This document shows positions 27,601 to 40,012 of a stretch of 64,000 nt of DNA, in pieces. Numbering within the stretch: position 1 is the stretch's first letter; each line of letters starts with the position of its first letter. The notes beneath the pieces are model-generated. The model worked only from the letters and a program-made list of their open reading frames with translations. It made no database searches and was not told the origin of the DNA. Source of the stretch: Schmidtea polychroa (Eukaryota); NCBI GenBank assembly GCA_044892525.1, contig CM097888.1:34224001-34288000 (forward strand), written 5' to 3'. Position numbers and translations under genes: made by a program.

Positions 27601-30600
27601 TTCATTATTATTTTTTTTATTAATAAATGAATATTAATAATATTATTTTATATATTTAGTTAAGAAAATTCATCAACCATACATAAAGTTCCCATTTCAA
27701 TTACCACTCTATATTTGAGTAAATTAAAACTAATTTATTTTTTTTGCTTATTTTTTCAATACTTTTTTTGTAAATTTTTGTAGGATTATTTATCTTGAAG
27801 TTTAGAAATTTTCAATATCGTGTTATATTTTTATTCTTTTGATAAAAAATTTTTTTTTAATTCTTTTTCATATTTCTATTTAGTATTTTTTATGGTTTGT
27901 TTATTTCTTACTAGTTTATATTTCGATTTTTATTCTGTAATTATATTTTTTCTAATTATAATAAATTTTTATTTTTTCTTCGAATATTTTTTCCCTTTTT
28001 CTTTCACTTTATTTTTTAGATGTAATTATTTTTATTTTTAATCATTAATGTTTTTTTAAACTTTATAAATTATTTTATTTGTTTTGTTTTTTTTTTTTGC
28101 TTATTTTTCATTTTTTTTAAAGTTAATTTTGATTGAAAATTCATCTGATTTTTCTAATATTTTATTACTGTGTAAATTACTTGTCATGTCTTTACATGAG
28201 AGCTATTTTAACTCTTTGCTATTTCCAGAATATTTCGTTTAGCAATTTCCGCCTTATCTGTATCATATCTGATACACGAAACATGAAAAAGATTTATTTT
28301 CTATGTTACCATTTTTAAAATTTGCACTTTCTGATCCTTTTTTGACAAATATTTTATGGAATTATTTCAACTAACATTTTCAATATTATTAATATTTATT
28401 GGTTTATTCAAATATAATTATATTAATTTTTTCTCTTATTCATATTTTCCATATTTTCCGTTTTCGATATTTAGTTGTTTTTATTTTTTTATTTGTTATT
28501 AATTAATAATTTTCAAATTTTTTTTTATAATTTTTAACTATAGAATATTTTTTATTTTTTTATGCTTTTATATATAATAAAATATAATATCATTACCTCG
28601 TAATTTAATTGAATTCCTTTCAATCGCATTTCTTTTAATGTTTTCATTTCGGACTGATTCTCTTTTGTTATTGTTTGACTTTCTTTGTTTATGGTTATTT
28701 TCTTTCTGTTTTCTATCAGTTCTTTTTCCAATTCAAATCTGTTTATTGCAAATTCTCTTTCCAAATCATTATTATCTTCAATAATGTTACTATTGTCTTG
28801 CTGAATATCTTTTAATTCGACGCTGTATTCTGTCGATTTGTTATGGTATTTCGGAGATTGTGATTTGCTTTCGAGATCTTTTATTTTAGTTATTTTTACT
28901 TCTGTCTTTTTAAAAGATGTTTCAATTTTTGAGGTCTTTATTTCTAAAATATCCATTTCTTCGGTTGAGAGTAATTTATCATTATGTGTAAACTGTAGTT
29001 TTTCAGTGCTTCTTATTCCAAAGTCTTTTAACAATGGCTTTTCTTTTTCATATTCTGTAAGTGCATTTTCAAATCTAATTTTATCACTCATTTCCAATCG
29101 CGTTCGACTTTCAATTAATTCAATTTCTTTAACAGTTTTCTGGAATTCTTTTGAATCGTTAATATATAATTGTTTCAGAATTTCTTTTAACATTTCATCG
29201 TTTGTAATTCTTTGTACCAGTTCTTCCTTGCTCTCTGTTATTTCGTAACTACTCTCTATATTTTCCAGTGCGTTTAGTATTTCATTTCTTAAATCTTCTG
29301 TTGTTATTTTTGCTAATGTTTTTCTGATGATATTTTTTACCTCCACAAATTTTATTGGTTTTCTTGCTTCTGTTTGTGTCATTTTAGCAAATCTCATCAA
29401 CTTTGAATTTATTTCATTTAATAATATTGGCAATTCATTTCTTTCCATGATTTCTGCTACCATATTCTTTATGGAAATAGTTTCTATCTTCTTAATTCTA
29501 TCTGTTTGGACCAATTTTGAGGATTTCAATAACCCACTATTTATTTCGGTCAGTAATACTGGCATTTCATTTCTTTCAATTGTTTCTTTTATAAAATCTT
29601 TGATTGAAATTGTTTCAATTTTTCTAATTCTATCAGTTTGCATTCCTTGAGTCATCTTCGTTAAATTTGAGTTTATTTCTGTTAATAAAACTTCCATTTC
29701 ATTTCTGTCTTTTGTTTCTCGGACGAAATCCCTAATGGTTAATGTTTCTATTTTTCGAATTCTTTCAGTCTGAACTCCTGTTGTTGTTCTTGTTAAACTT
29801 GAATTTATTTCCTTTAACAATATTTCCATTTCATTTCTGTCTTTTGTTTCTCGGACGAAATCCCTTATGGTTAATGTTTCTATTTTTCTTATTCTCTCCG
29901 TCTGACTTGAAGTTGTAGTTCTCGTCAGGAAAGAATATATTTCTTTTAACAATATTGGCAATTCACCCCTTTCAAAACTTTTTTGAATTATATCTCTGAA
30001 TGACAGGCTTTCTAATTCTTTTTGTTTGATTTCAAAGTAACTTTTTGAAGATAAATCTGGACCACTCAATTTTATTTGATCTAATACACTTAAATATTCC
30101 TTTTCGTGTTTCTGTTCAACATTATCATCCAAATTATTTTGATCACTTTCATTCTCCATAAAACTTTCAAGTTGGGTACTTTCCTTATTTATTTCCATTT
30201 TTTCATCTTCAGACGAAGAGTAACCGTCAATTACTGGAGAAACCTCAAAGTAAGTTATTTTAAGATTACTTCCATCCCAAAATGGTTTAAGTTGTAATCG
30301 TTTTCTAGACTTGTACAACTGTACCTCGTCTGTCTTTTCTATATATGGTTCAAACTCCATGTTTTTCTCAATATCAGCGCTGGACACAAACATTTCATTA
30401 TACATTTTATCGAATGAATTGTAATTGTTAGCTTCAAAATCACAGTAAAGTTTCGTTTCACTAAATTTATTTTGATATTCAGTAAAATCATCATTTCTAG
30501 ATGATGAAGATGAAGAAGATCGACAGTAATCCCTGGGTTCACTTGAAAACATAAACTCTGGCGAATGTGATTCATGTCTCATTTTTTTAAATTCTTTCAT

Positions 30601-33600
30601 ACTTGATGCACTTAGCGTTCCTTGTTTCCACATTTCGACATGTTCCAAAATGAATTTCAATTCTTCTTGATTTCTGTATTGCATTTCTCTATAAAAGTAA
30701 AATATTTTTTTTAAATAATTTTTGAATAATTATTAATTTTTAGTTTTAAGAAATTTTACTATTACAAGATAAATAATATAGATTTGTTTAAATAATATTT
30801 ATAAAGTATGATATTTCAAATAGCTAATTTAATTTACAATTTATTGCACTTATATTAAAACTTTTAATATTAGTAATTGATGATGAAGGTTCAAGCAAAA
30901 GCGGACAGGAAATAGAATGTTGTGTTGGACCATGTTCAAAATTTGCACGATGCCAAAAACAAAATAATTATAAGAACTTTCGATTTTCATCTTTGATTTC
31001 TTTTTATAAATACAAAGACAAAAGAAAATTTAAATAACCTTTTTATTATGAACAGATTATTATATATTATTTAGTATCATAAAATATTGCTTAGCAAATT
31101 TTCTAGCCTTTCTCACTGGAAGTCGTTAATTACATCATCAAAATTTACGGAATTTGCTATCTCGCTGTCGATGAATAAAGTTGTCAGAGACGTAAAACGG
31201 TCTTGACCAACGGCAGATCGAACTTAATTCTTAATCAAAAGCTACCCTCGACTGAACCTACTGTGTATTTGTAAATTGTAACGCAAGATCTTATAAAACG
31301 CGGGCCAGGTTTGAACGTCATGGAAATTTATCAGGAAGTATTTTTTTGACTTTATGACATCATATTATCTGCTAAACATTTTTCCATGAGAATAACATTT
31401 ACATTCTATAAGCTTCACTTTTATTCTTCAATATGAATTTTCTTGTCCATATCACATGTGTATCTACAAATTTAAATCTTAAATAGTGAAGGATTGTTAG
31501 ATGTATTAACCTCTTGACGTTAACTAGGAACATCAGCTCTTATAACTACATAATTTTATTTTATCATTTTTACATAATATTTGTGGATTTCCTCCATATT
31601 AAATTAATATTTCCAAATCAGTGGTTCTCTTTATCAAAAACTAGATGTTTACATACTGCGACTTGAATTTATTTAGATATCCTTACATTTCCACCGATCT
31701 AATTATCTAAAGAAAGGTATTTTCAGTCAACACGAACAGTATTTCCTTCTCCGATTGCGAATGCTAATGATGTTCATATTAAGCGGACTCGAAATTATGA
31801 ATTTAAAACCGTCGACATTGTGGTTTGTAAGTCATCTTGGCGCTAATATCTTTCTCTATGAATTTTGATAACAAACAGCCATTATAGCAAAGATGAAATA
31901 TCTCATTTTTGAAATGAATTACTTTCAGGTTAATCTTATTGTGATTGTTTAATTAAGAAATCATGAATTCTCTATAAAGACCCCTTTGTTTTATGGGGGG
32001 GCATCCATAAAGTATGTCACGCTCCGGGAGAGGGGCTGTAAGAAAATATGGCGGTTTGTGACAGTGAGAGGAGGGGGTTTCAGGTCATGCGTGACGTCAC
32101 ACATTTATTTTTTAAAATTTTATTTCTTATTTTTTTTATTTTTTTAGTAGAATTTAATGGCTTTAAAAATAATTCTCAAAAATTTTGTGAAACATTTGAA
32201 TTAGTTTTATGTCAAAATAGCATGAAATACGTATCGGATGAATTAGGGGTAGTATCCTAGGGTTTAGAGGGTTAGGTATAAATAAAAAACAATTTCATGA
32301 CCAATCAAGGTGGTTAGTAAAATATATGAAATATTATATTATATTTAGAATAAATTTTAGTTAGGTGTTAATTAAAAAAAAATTCTTCAAAGGTGTGACG
32401 TTCTTTAGGGAGGGGGTTTAAAATGGTCAAAAATACCGTGACGTACTTCATGATGGCACATGAAGAGAATATGATAAAGGTATTGCGCTAGTTAAAAACG
32501 TTTCCAATCGAGTGGAAATAAATAACATTCCGGGTGTAGGTTGGCAAAAAAAGATATAATTTATGCTATTTATGGACAATCTTTAAGTGGTATTAATTAA
32601 GAAATGTAAAATATTTATATTTATATTAAAAAAATTCAATAAATTTATCTAGAAAGGAATATGTAATCAAATTAGAATTTATGCCAAGCAGACAATAACA
32701 GTTCTGTTTTGTCTATGAAAGTCGATCATGTATTTTATTTGCTACATATATGGGATATGATTCTTAAATGTCATTTAAATAAAAAACATTATTTTAAAAA
32801 CAGTAATATAACCAAAAGTTATTGAGACAGAAATCAGTCGTAAAACTAAATAAAGCAAGAACATCTAGAGAATAAACGCCTATATAAAAGAAAATAGAAA
32901 ATATACGGATAATCAACGTAACATTTATCAATTCATAATTATCAATATTGCATTTATCAGATTTATATGACAGTGAATTGATTTGACAATTATTGTTTTA
33001 CAGTTATTATAACAACACCGGGCCAAGGGAAAAACTTTAAAAAATTCAAATTTTTTAAAACACCTGTGTTTTTAAGTAATTTTCACTCGTTATTTCTATA
33101 TCATTATTGTCATCATTAATTTCATCTGCAAATCTTTTCCTAAATTTACTCCTTTTACCATACGAATTAGTGTTAAAATCGATTTTAAAATTTTCTACAA
33201 CAATTTTACATTCAGTCAAAATATCACTCCATTTTTCGCTAATATTTTTAAAATCAAAAATCAAACTATTAATATTTCTTTCTTCGATGTCAATTGTTGC
33301 ATTTACATTTTGCAAAATTTTAATTCTTCAATCGATTGCCACCAATATTTTAAATCATATATTCAGACGGCCTAGGGCTTTGTTAAAATGTCTCGGGAGT
33401 CCGGGCCCCTTATTATCCCGGGCCCAGGAAATTCTGTCCCTTCTCCCCCTCCTTTCATGTAACATTTAATGAAAACAGTCTTTTATTTTTGTTCGAATTT
33501 TGTGGTAATAAATCAGAAATATGTTGATAAAAATTTGAGATTTTTTGTTTTAATTATCATGTTTATTTATTTTATAAAACTTACATTTTTCTTCTTTCTA

Positions 33601-36600
33601 GGTGAAAGATAAGAAATATGATCCAAAGAGCAAATTAATTTATAATAATTATTATTTAATTAATTAAATACATTTGTTGATATTCAATTGATAATTTCTA
33701 ACATCAATATAATTTCAGAAATGTAGTTTTATTTTTATCAATATTTATTGAGATTATTTTAGAAAAAAAAAGATTACTGTAAAATTCCCAAGGCTTTTAC
33801 TACTCTTAAATTGGAATTCATCGTTGATTGCCATTCTTCTTTCAAATCATTCATATCCTTTATTTCAACGGGTCGACGGATCTTTTCTATTACCTAATGA
33901 TTTTTTTAAAATTTATAATAATAATAATATTTAATAGAATACCATAAATTTGACCATCATTTCGTCGAGCAAAACCAAGTCTTGTTGTCTTAAATTGTAG
34001 CCTGTGAACGATTCTGAAACTAAACCAAAAATTTATCTAAATTTTCATTTAAATCTATTTACCTTCGCAAAATTTTAATTCTTCCTCCAGTCTTTTCAAG
34101 TTACGCAAGAAGTTTTTCGTCAAAGTTGAACTGGAATTTTCTGAAGTTACGAGACTTTTTGAATTAGTAATCCACTTTGTGAAAAGTTCTTTTTTGTTGC
34201 AGGTAAATTCGGACTTGGCAAATATTTTCCCAAATAACCGTTGAAAGAAATTTATGTTAACTTCTCGTAACATTTGAATCAGTTCTTCCCATGTGGCCGT
34301 CAATAGATTTTGTAATCTACATTAATATAGTATTAATTTTTACTCAGAAAAAATAATATAAAATTTAAAATATTACTAGAGATCGGAGTTTTTTAATATC
34401 AGTAACAGTTAAGCAGAAAAAATTATAGAAAATGATGTATTGAAGAATTGACATTAGGGGTTATCCTCGAATAATTGCATATTTTATTCGTCATCACCGT
34501 CTTCAAATATGGCATTTTGTAGATGTCTTTTATTTATGAGTGATCAGACAATCTCATCGCTTGAAACTTCTTAGACTTTATTGTATAAGATTTAGTTGAC
34601 AAGAAGTCGGTAACAAGGACTTGCTTACCACTAGGCTTTAATTTATATTAGATTCGGAATGTCAACTGAAACAACGTTTCAATCTATATAACTATATAAG
34701 CTAACCCAACCAAACTTTGCCTAACCTAACCTGACTAACCTTGACTAATTTGCAAAGTTTGATGAGGCTAGCTTATATAGTTTAGGAGACATGGTCACAT
34801 TTGTATTTTAAAATTCTACAAAAAAACATTCTTTGATTTTATAATTCAAAGAAATGCATACAAATCCTTACGAGACGTCACCAAATTTGAGCTAGCATAC
34901 AGCTAAATTCAATCATTATTTGAAGATAAATTTATTATAAAAAAATGTTAAATCATCAAACGCATATTTTAATAAATAATTTTTTTTCTATATTCAATAA
35001 ATAATTTATAAAAATACTTTTACGCCTTACAAACTGAGCGCCCTAGGCGGCCGCCTACTTCGCCCNNNNNNNNNNNNNNNNNNNNNNNNNNNNNNNNNNN
35101 NNNNNNNNNNNNNNNNNNNNNNNNNNNNNNNNNNNNNNNNNNNNNNNNNNNNNNNNNNNNNNNNNNNNNNNNNNNNNNNNNNNNNNNNNNNNNNNNNNNN
35201 NNNNNNTAATTGATTCTTTTTTTCTCTTTTCATGTGTATTCATTTACCATTTCATTTATTTCCATTTAGTTTTCGACTGTAGATCAATGATTTTGATTTA
35301 ACACACATTTTCGGTATTGTTTATTACAAGTTGATTAACATCAGATTTAGATGGAAAGAATCACATACCAATTTTTTATAAAAATTAATTAGAAAAGAAT
35401 ATATTATTAAAAAATTATTTAATAATTTATTTCGTCAAATTGACAGATTTCCTAAATTTAGTTTTAATCAATATTTTAAATGTGTCTTTTAAAAATAATT
35501 AATTGATTAATGATCATATGAAAAAGAAAAAAAAACATTATTTTTATGATTCATTATTGATTTTTTAATGCCATCACAATGTTTGATTTTAAAGCATCAC
35601 AAGTAGATCATAAATATCATTATTATCAAACAAATCTATAATAATTATGAACTTATACTTTAAGTTTAAATAAAAAATCAAATTTACTGACAAGTTGTCA
35701 GTAAATACAAAAATTTAATATTTTGTAAATAAATTAATTGTGTCTCGGTTTATACATTTATTGTGAAGTTTCCGATTTGTAATTAAACTAATGGCAATAA
35801 AATTAAAAATATATATTACTCGTTCAATACTAGACTTGTTTCTGAATCAGGTCCAGGAATCCAAAGAGCGATCGATGGAATAAGTAATTTATCCCCGTTT
35901 CTAGTTTCAACCAACCAATTGATTCGACTTGGAATTGAGCCGGAAATATTAGAATCGCTATTGGTTGATCCATCTTTTCCCCAATTATCCAAAACGGTGA
36001 CGTGTTCAGATTTTTTTAATTGCAAATCTCCGATTTTGAAATCGGCAAGCAAAAAAGCTTTTCTGCCCTGTTCGGCAATTGAACTGGTACGTAGGTAAAT
36101 CGGAACAATGTTTGCTGATCGTCGTTTGAGGTTTGTTATCTGATCAGCCAAACTATGAAGCTCGTTTGTTGTGCCCTTATAAAGAAATATTTGATAATTT
36201 ATAATCCTTTCAAAGAGTATACTTTTGTGATTTTTATAATTTCTTTTGCATCCTTCATGACACCTTTGATGTTTAGTTGATTTATTGATTTGGTTGTCAG
36301 TTGCCATCGTCTTTCAATTAATCGTCGTATCTCGGAGCATTCATGATAGAACTAAATTTATTATTATTATGATTGCCATATAACATAATTAAATATTACT
36401 TGATGATAATCTGCAGCATCTTTTGTGTGAATTGATGTCAATTCTGAATAGTGTAGAATTCTATTCCAGCATTGTTTAACTTTAGGGACGGATACCTATG
36501 TGTCCATAATTATATTAATTATTTTTATTTTAAATAAAAACGTTTTTACATCGGACTCGAAATCTTTTGTTGTAGAAATCAGTGAATCTTTTAGAGCCCT

Positions 36601-37137
36601 GTCTGCTATTTGTGTGGTAACTTGCTGTAATTATTATTATTAATAAATATTTTCATATCATGTGTCATTGAAAACTTACAGAAAAAAGTTCTTCCAAAGA
36701 TGAAATTGAATCATAAAATTCAAGAGCTTCTTGATTCGCATTTATTTCTTCCTGAAAAGTAGAAAGTATTAATAAACTTTTGAAATTTTTAATTATAAAT
36801 TTTTACTTTTATTTTTTCTACTTCTGCCGTGTTGTTTAATGAGTTAGATTCATTCTAATAGTGGAAAGTTAAATTAAATAAAAATAATCGTTCTAATTTA
36901 CAGTTGTTTTGATGATGTTTTCAATTTTCTCTAATTCGGCTTTTAGTGCTGCTTGTCTATTATTTTCTAGGATTAAGGCACTGTGACAAGATGAAAATGG
37001 TATGGACTGGATTGTGGACTGAAATGCAACCAATGTTCATTGTCTTACAATTTTTTACAATTAATTACTTGAATAAAACTCAATCGGATTTGAGGGTCCT
37101 CGAGAGCCATTTTTGCAAATAAACTCAATTCAAAACT
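1..37137 (-). CDS. Giant multi-exon plakin-family protein (plakin domain + QT repeats + tandem acidic exon modules); 3' end beyond the left edge, 5' end uncertain
   Basis: Manual splicing with GT-AG sites and consistent phases: 37137-37069, 37018-36902, 36854-36822, 36751-36680, 36624-36550, 36495-36400, 36351-36223, 36175-35820, 34316-34063, 34019-33943, 33893-33778, 30688-28597 (3486 nt, 1162 aa, no stop). These are followed by 14 x 948-nt and at least 3 x 972-nt phase 0-0 exons plus a partial one. Confidence 0.8.
879..1850 (-). CDS. Type-A module exon (972 nt, 324 aa)
   Basis: Same splice sites; the intron to the next unit is 197 bp. Confidence 0.85.
2047..3018 (-). CDS. Type-A module exon (972 nt, 324 aa)
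   Basis: Same splice sites; the intron to the next unit is 196 bp. Confidence 0.85.
3216..4187 (-). CDS. Type-A module exon (972 nt, 324 aa)
   Basis: Acceptor gtgtttag|ATC AAA TCT GAA; donor ATA GAG|GTAAAT; phase 0-0. Confidence 0.85.
5470..6252 (-). pseudogene. Broken terminal type-B exon copy
   Basis: Matches the array from the acceptor at 6253 down to about 5555. A 1-bp deletion (tgaacatttt to tgacatttt) then gives TAA at 5547-5545. Homology is lost by about 5470 and the donor is absent. Confidence 0.8.
6805..27252 (-). CDS. 14 type-B module exons (948 nt, 316 aa, E/S/I/V/T-rich), at 6805+1500n..7752+1500n for n=0-13
   Basis: Each has acceptor aaattcag|ATT AAA ACT GAA and donor TTA GAG|GTAAAT, phase 0-0, with 552-bp introns and no internal stops. 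Confidence 0.85.
28597..30688 (-). CDS. Large internal exon (about 697 aa) with five 44-aa repeats
   Basis: ORF 28552-30684. Acceptor ttttatag| at 30689 is phase 2 and matches the donor at 33777. Donor GAG|GTAATG at 28596 is phase 0. Confidence 0.85.
29311..29970 (-). repeat. Coding 132-bp/44-aa tandem repeat x5 (RNEMxxLLxEINSxLxxxxxxxQT[ED]RIRKIET...)
   Basis: Visible in the translation. DNA copies start at about 29700 and 29832, 132 bp apart. Confidence 0.9.
31997..32459. mobile_element. MITE with GGGGCATCCATAAAGTATGTCACG-type ends (PIF/Harbinger-like, superfamily uncertain)
   Basis: Imperfect terminal inverted repeats. The interior 32100-32230 is the reverse complement of about 37910-38045. 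Confidence 0.65.
33010..33460 (-). mobile_element. Probable hAT transposase fragment with GC-rich subterminal sequence
   Basis: ORF 33055-33315 (...KRSKFRKRFADE...YLKTQVF) resembles the ZMYM1-like hAT middle region. Resemblance is by eye only. Confidence 0.45.
33778..37137 (-). CDS. Plakin-domain exons (spectrin repeats with inserted plakin-type SH3)
   Basis: Spliced translation ...CWNRILHYSELTSIHTKDAADYHQFYHE...LKRRSANIVPIYLR...AFLLADFKIGDLQLKKSEHVTVLDN...WLVETRNGDKLLIPSIALWIPGPD follows the plectin/desmoplakin pattern as I recall it (HLKENxAYFQFF; IVxLKPR; ALCDYK...ILKDN...W...VPSVGLIIPPP). Most introns are 43-70 bp. Confidence 0.85.
34695..34772. repeat. Short foldback element with internal CCTAA-like repeats
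   Basis: actatataagcta ... tagcttatatagt and caaacttt ... aaagtttg inverted pairs surround aacctaacct units. Confidence 0.55.
35066..35206. other. Assembly gap (141 N) within a plakin intron
   Basis: Run of N. Confidence 1.
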
Positions 37138-37723
37138 CTATATTTATGTATAATTAATTATATAACTTCTAATTTTTCTAACCTTGAAAAAATTGTAATT
37201 GATAATAAATAATAAAAATCCAAAATTTTAAGTAATTAAATTAGTAATTTTCAAATGAAATGATCAAATGAAATGTGAAATTTGATTTTATGCTAACAAA
37301 GTGTGTTAAACAAAGTCTATTATTGTTGTTGTTGTGCATCTTCAATTTTTGGCCTACTCAATACATTACTTTCTATTGTAATTTTGATCAAAATACACAC
37401 GCGTGTTTCAATCGATTGTTATTTCTATGAATATTTTCATTTGCTGCATTCTGTGTACGCGTGTGCCTTCGTGAGCCAATTGATTTTGTGTGTGTGTGCC
37501 TTCGTGAGGTGGTTGATTCGAGCGTGTGTCTTATTACAATAAATGCTAAACTGAATCTGCATTGTTCAAATAAACAATATCCAATTTATTATTTATGCAT
37601 TTGCTGCATTGCATTGCTGAGAACTATAGCAAATAAATACAAATAATTAACTCTTTCAAATATTAACACAAAAAACAATAAATTATTAATTGAGAAAGAC
37701 AAATTTAACTAAAATTAAAATAT

Positions 37724-38080
37724 GGGGCCGTCCAGAAAAGTACGCCACGCTATTTTTGACCATTTGAACCCTCTCCCTCACCATGTCACAAATCTCGGAC
37801 CGCTTCCCCTAAAATACGTGACACTTTCGAAGAATAAATTTAACAGATGAAACAAAAAACAAGGCTTCGCAACAGCATACAAACGCTCCTAGCGAGAGGA
37901 ATCGTGAACAACGCATTTCATGCTATTTTGACATAAAACTAATTCAAATGTTTTACAAAATTTTTGAAAATTATTTTTAAAGCTATTAAATTCTACTAAA
38001 AAAATTAAAAAAATTAGAAATAAAATTTTAAAAAATAAATTTGTGAATTATTCTCCCTGTCACAAACCGTCACATTTTCT
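37724..38080. mobile_element. Truncated second copy of the 31997-32459 MITE family, opposite orientation
   Basis: Starts with GGGGCCGTCCAGAAAAGTACGCCACG; interior shows reverse-complement similarity to the first copy. Confidence 0.65.
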
Positions 38081-38944
38081 TTACTTTGTGGACTATTGTG
38101 CAAATGCAAATTTTAAATATTGAAAATTCTACAAGTGATTCGAAAATTTTTAACTCCATTAGTAGAATTGGTGATGTTGGTGTCACATAAATTAAGCAAT
38201 ATTTTATTAAATCAAACTCAAAAGTTTAGCGTCCATAATTGAAATTTAAAAAATGTTACATGATCGGTTTTAAGCAATAAAATTTGAATAAATTGCACTC
38301 TATGTTTATTTGATAGACACATTACTCAGAAATTCGTGTGAAAAAACGTATAAATAAAATAAGTTTTCCATAGTAATATTGGGGATACGTTCTATATTAT
38401 CCAAAAACCTTATAAGGTGACATAAATCGTATGAAAATGCTGAAATTTGTAAAAGTTCTGATATGAGTAGAAAAAGTGAGCTGTCTAACTAACACTCAAA
38501 CTCAATCTCCCACCGCCAGTTTAAAATTTCCAAAAATTCGGCTATGTCCATTTAGCAAATTTAACAAAAAATTTTTATTGATAAATTTAACTTCATTAAT
38601 CGACATTTATAACTTACCGTAATTTCCGGGCAATAAGTCGCTCCTGTGTATAAGTCGCAATTGTAAAAAATGGCTAAAATTTTGGAAAAATTAATATATA
38701 AGTCGCTCCGTTATTTAAGTTGCACTTATACAGTAATAAGCATGCCTCTGCGGAAATGTTTACTTTGTTCGGTGGTGGTCGCCAAGTTTAATTAAAGACA
38801 CTAAAGAGAAGAGGTGAGAACAAAAATCATTTAGCGCAAGTATTTAATAACATGGAATATTTCTTTTTAATTTATAGAGAAATTATTTATATCAATAAAA
38901 CGAAATGCCTAAGTTATAAATGTCGATTAATGAAGTTAAATTTA

Positions 38945-39435
38945 TCAATAAAAATCAGAGTCTGTAAATCCATTAAATCCATTAAAGCCTTCATCTTCGG
39001 TATCGCTTTCAAATAATTGAGCAATTTCATCTGGTACAGTCAGTTCATAGTTGTCATCATCATCATCGCTATCAGAGTCGTCGTTGTCATCATTGTCTGC
39101 CAGTAAGATTTCCGCTTTCTTGAATCCACTGGTGATAATCGCCGGATTCAATTTATTCCATGCCTCGACCACCCATTTGGCCACTTCCGCAAAGGTGGCA
39201 TGACGCATGCGACCTGTTGCCGTAAAGCTATGTTTACCGCTGGTCATCCATCTTTCCCACAAACGACGCAGATGGACCTTGAAACTTCGGTTGACAGAAA
39301 TATCCAGAGGCTGTAGCACCTTCGTCAGACCACCTGGTATAATGACAGGAATCGAGTTGTTGCCTTTAACTTTCGTTTTTATGTTCTCCGTGATGTGAGC
39401 TCGCATACTGTCCATTAGGAGCAATGCCTTTTTAG
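38945..39435 (-). CDS. pogo transposase, C-terminal part (LLMDSMRAH ... LQPLDISVN, acidic tail)
   Basis: I count 35 residues between the second and third catalytic D. It rejoins the N-terminal part in frame (DGFFK|TKKAL). Confidence 0.92.
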
Positions 39436-39591
39436 TTTTTGCTGGGGCACTACTCGGTTGACCACTCACAATTCCACTTTCTAGTCTAGGAGATGAACGT
39501 CCATTACGATTATTTTGGTCACCACCGTGCCAACCCTGAGCCGAGCCCTGCATAACCTTCCCTCCAACATGATACCCGTGAGACACTTCAC

Positions 39592-39709
39592 GTTGGTACT
39601 GTACCATGCCGGCGAGACGCCAGTAAGCAGGTGAGCCCCTGCCTTAGGAGTACTCCTTACTGAGGCCTCGACTTACCATCCTCGACTGCCGATAGAAGGT
39701 CTTACGTCC
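39592..39709 (-). ncRNA. Candidate structured cis-RNA element, copy 1
   Basis: Covarying stems against copy 2; G-U wobbles favour the minus strand; function unknown. Confidence 0.55.
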
Positions 39710-40012
39710 GTCTAAGTGGAAAATTCACTATTCATCTTTGGTTGGGATTCACCTGGCTAATTCTACTGAAATCTCGAAAACAAAATAAAAACCAAAAACT
39801 TCCTACTCTCGTTATTATTGTCATACTAATACCGTTTATAAAACGAACTGATACCAAGACGCAAAGATTTATTTATAGCAATATCAAATCTATACAATAT
39901 CCGTAAAGTGTATACAGCACAAGATGACAAGATGAGAAAAACACAACACCATGATTTTAGTTCGTTGATTTCGCTATCGGCAGAATTATCCCACGAGTTA
40001 TTCTCATTTCTC

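Larger units (their letters stand above)
5470..27730 (-). repeat. Tandem array of 1500-bp exon+intron units (about 14.8 units, near-identical)
   Basis: ORFs recur at exact 1500-bp spacing (6754, 8254 ... 26254). Units differ only by scattered substitutions. Homology fades at about 5470 and about 27730. Confidence 0.97.

Noticed and set aside
5470-27730. CRISPR-like or satellite-only interpretation of the array
   Set aside because: There are no unique spacers, and the units keep open reading frames and splice sites.
27820-28330. ORFs 27820-28041 and 28133-28318, and a possible minus-strand mini-exon (YDTDKAEIAKRNILEIAKS)
   Set aside because: The first is T-rich low complexity. The mini-exon does not fit phase 0 without a stop.
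1111-29650. Plus-strand Ser/Ile/Phe-rich ORFs overlapping the exons
   Set aside because: Antisense shadows of Glu/Lys-rich codons; no independent splice or start signals.
33590-33660. Plus-strand exon-like segment (ttctag|GTGAAAGATAAGAAATATGATCC)
   Set aside because: Isolated, with no partner exons or recognisable product.
35027-35243. ORFs spanning the N run
   Set aside because: Artefacts of the assembly gap.
39592-39709. Assignment of the hairpin to a known ribozyme (GCUCA recalls twister-sister; GCCGGCAUGGU recalls the HDV 5' end)
   Set aside because: The other required core motifs and topology are absent, and the HDV-like string is not in copy 2.
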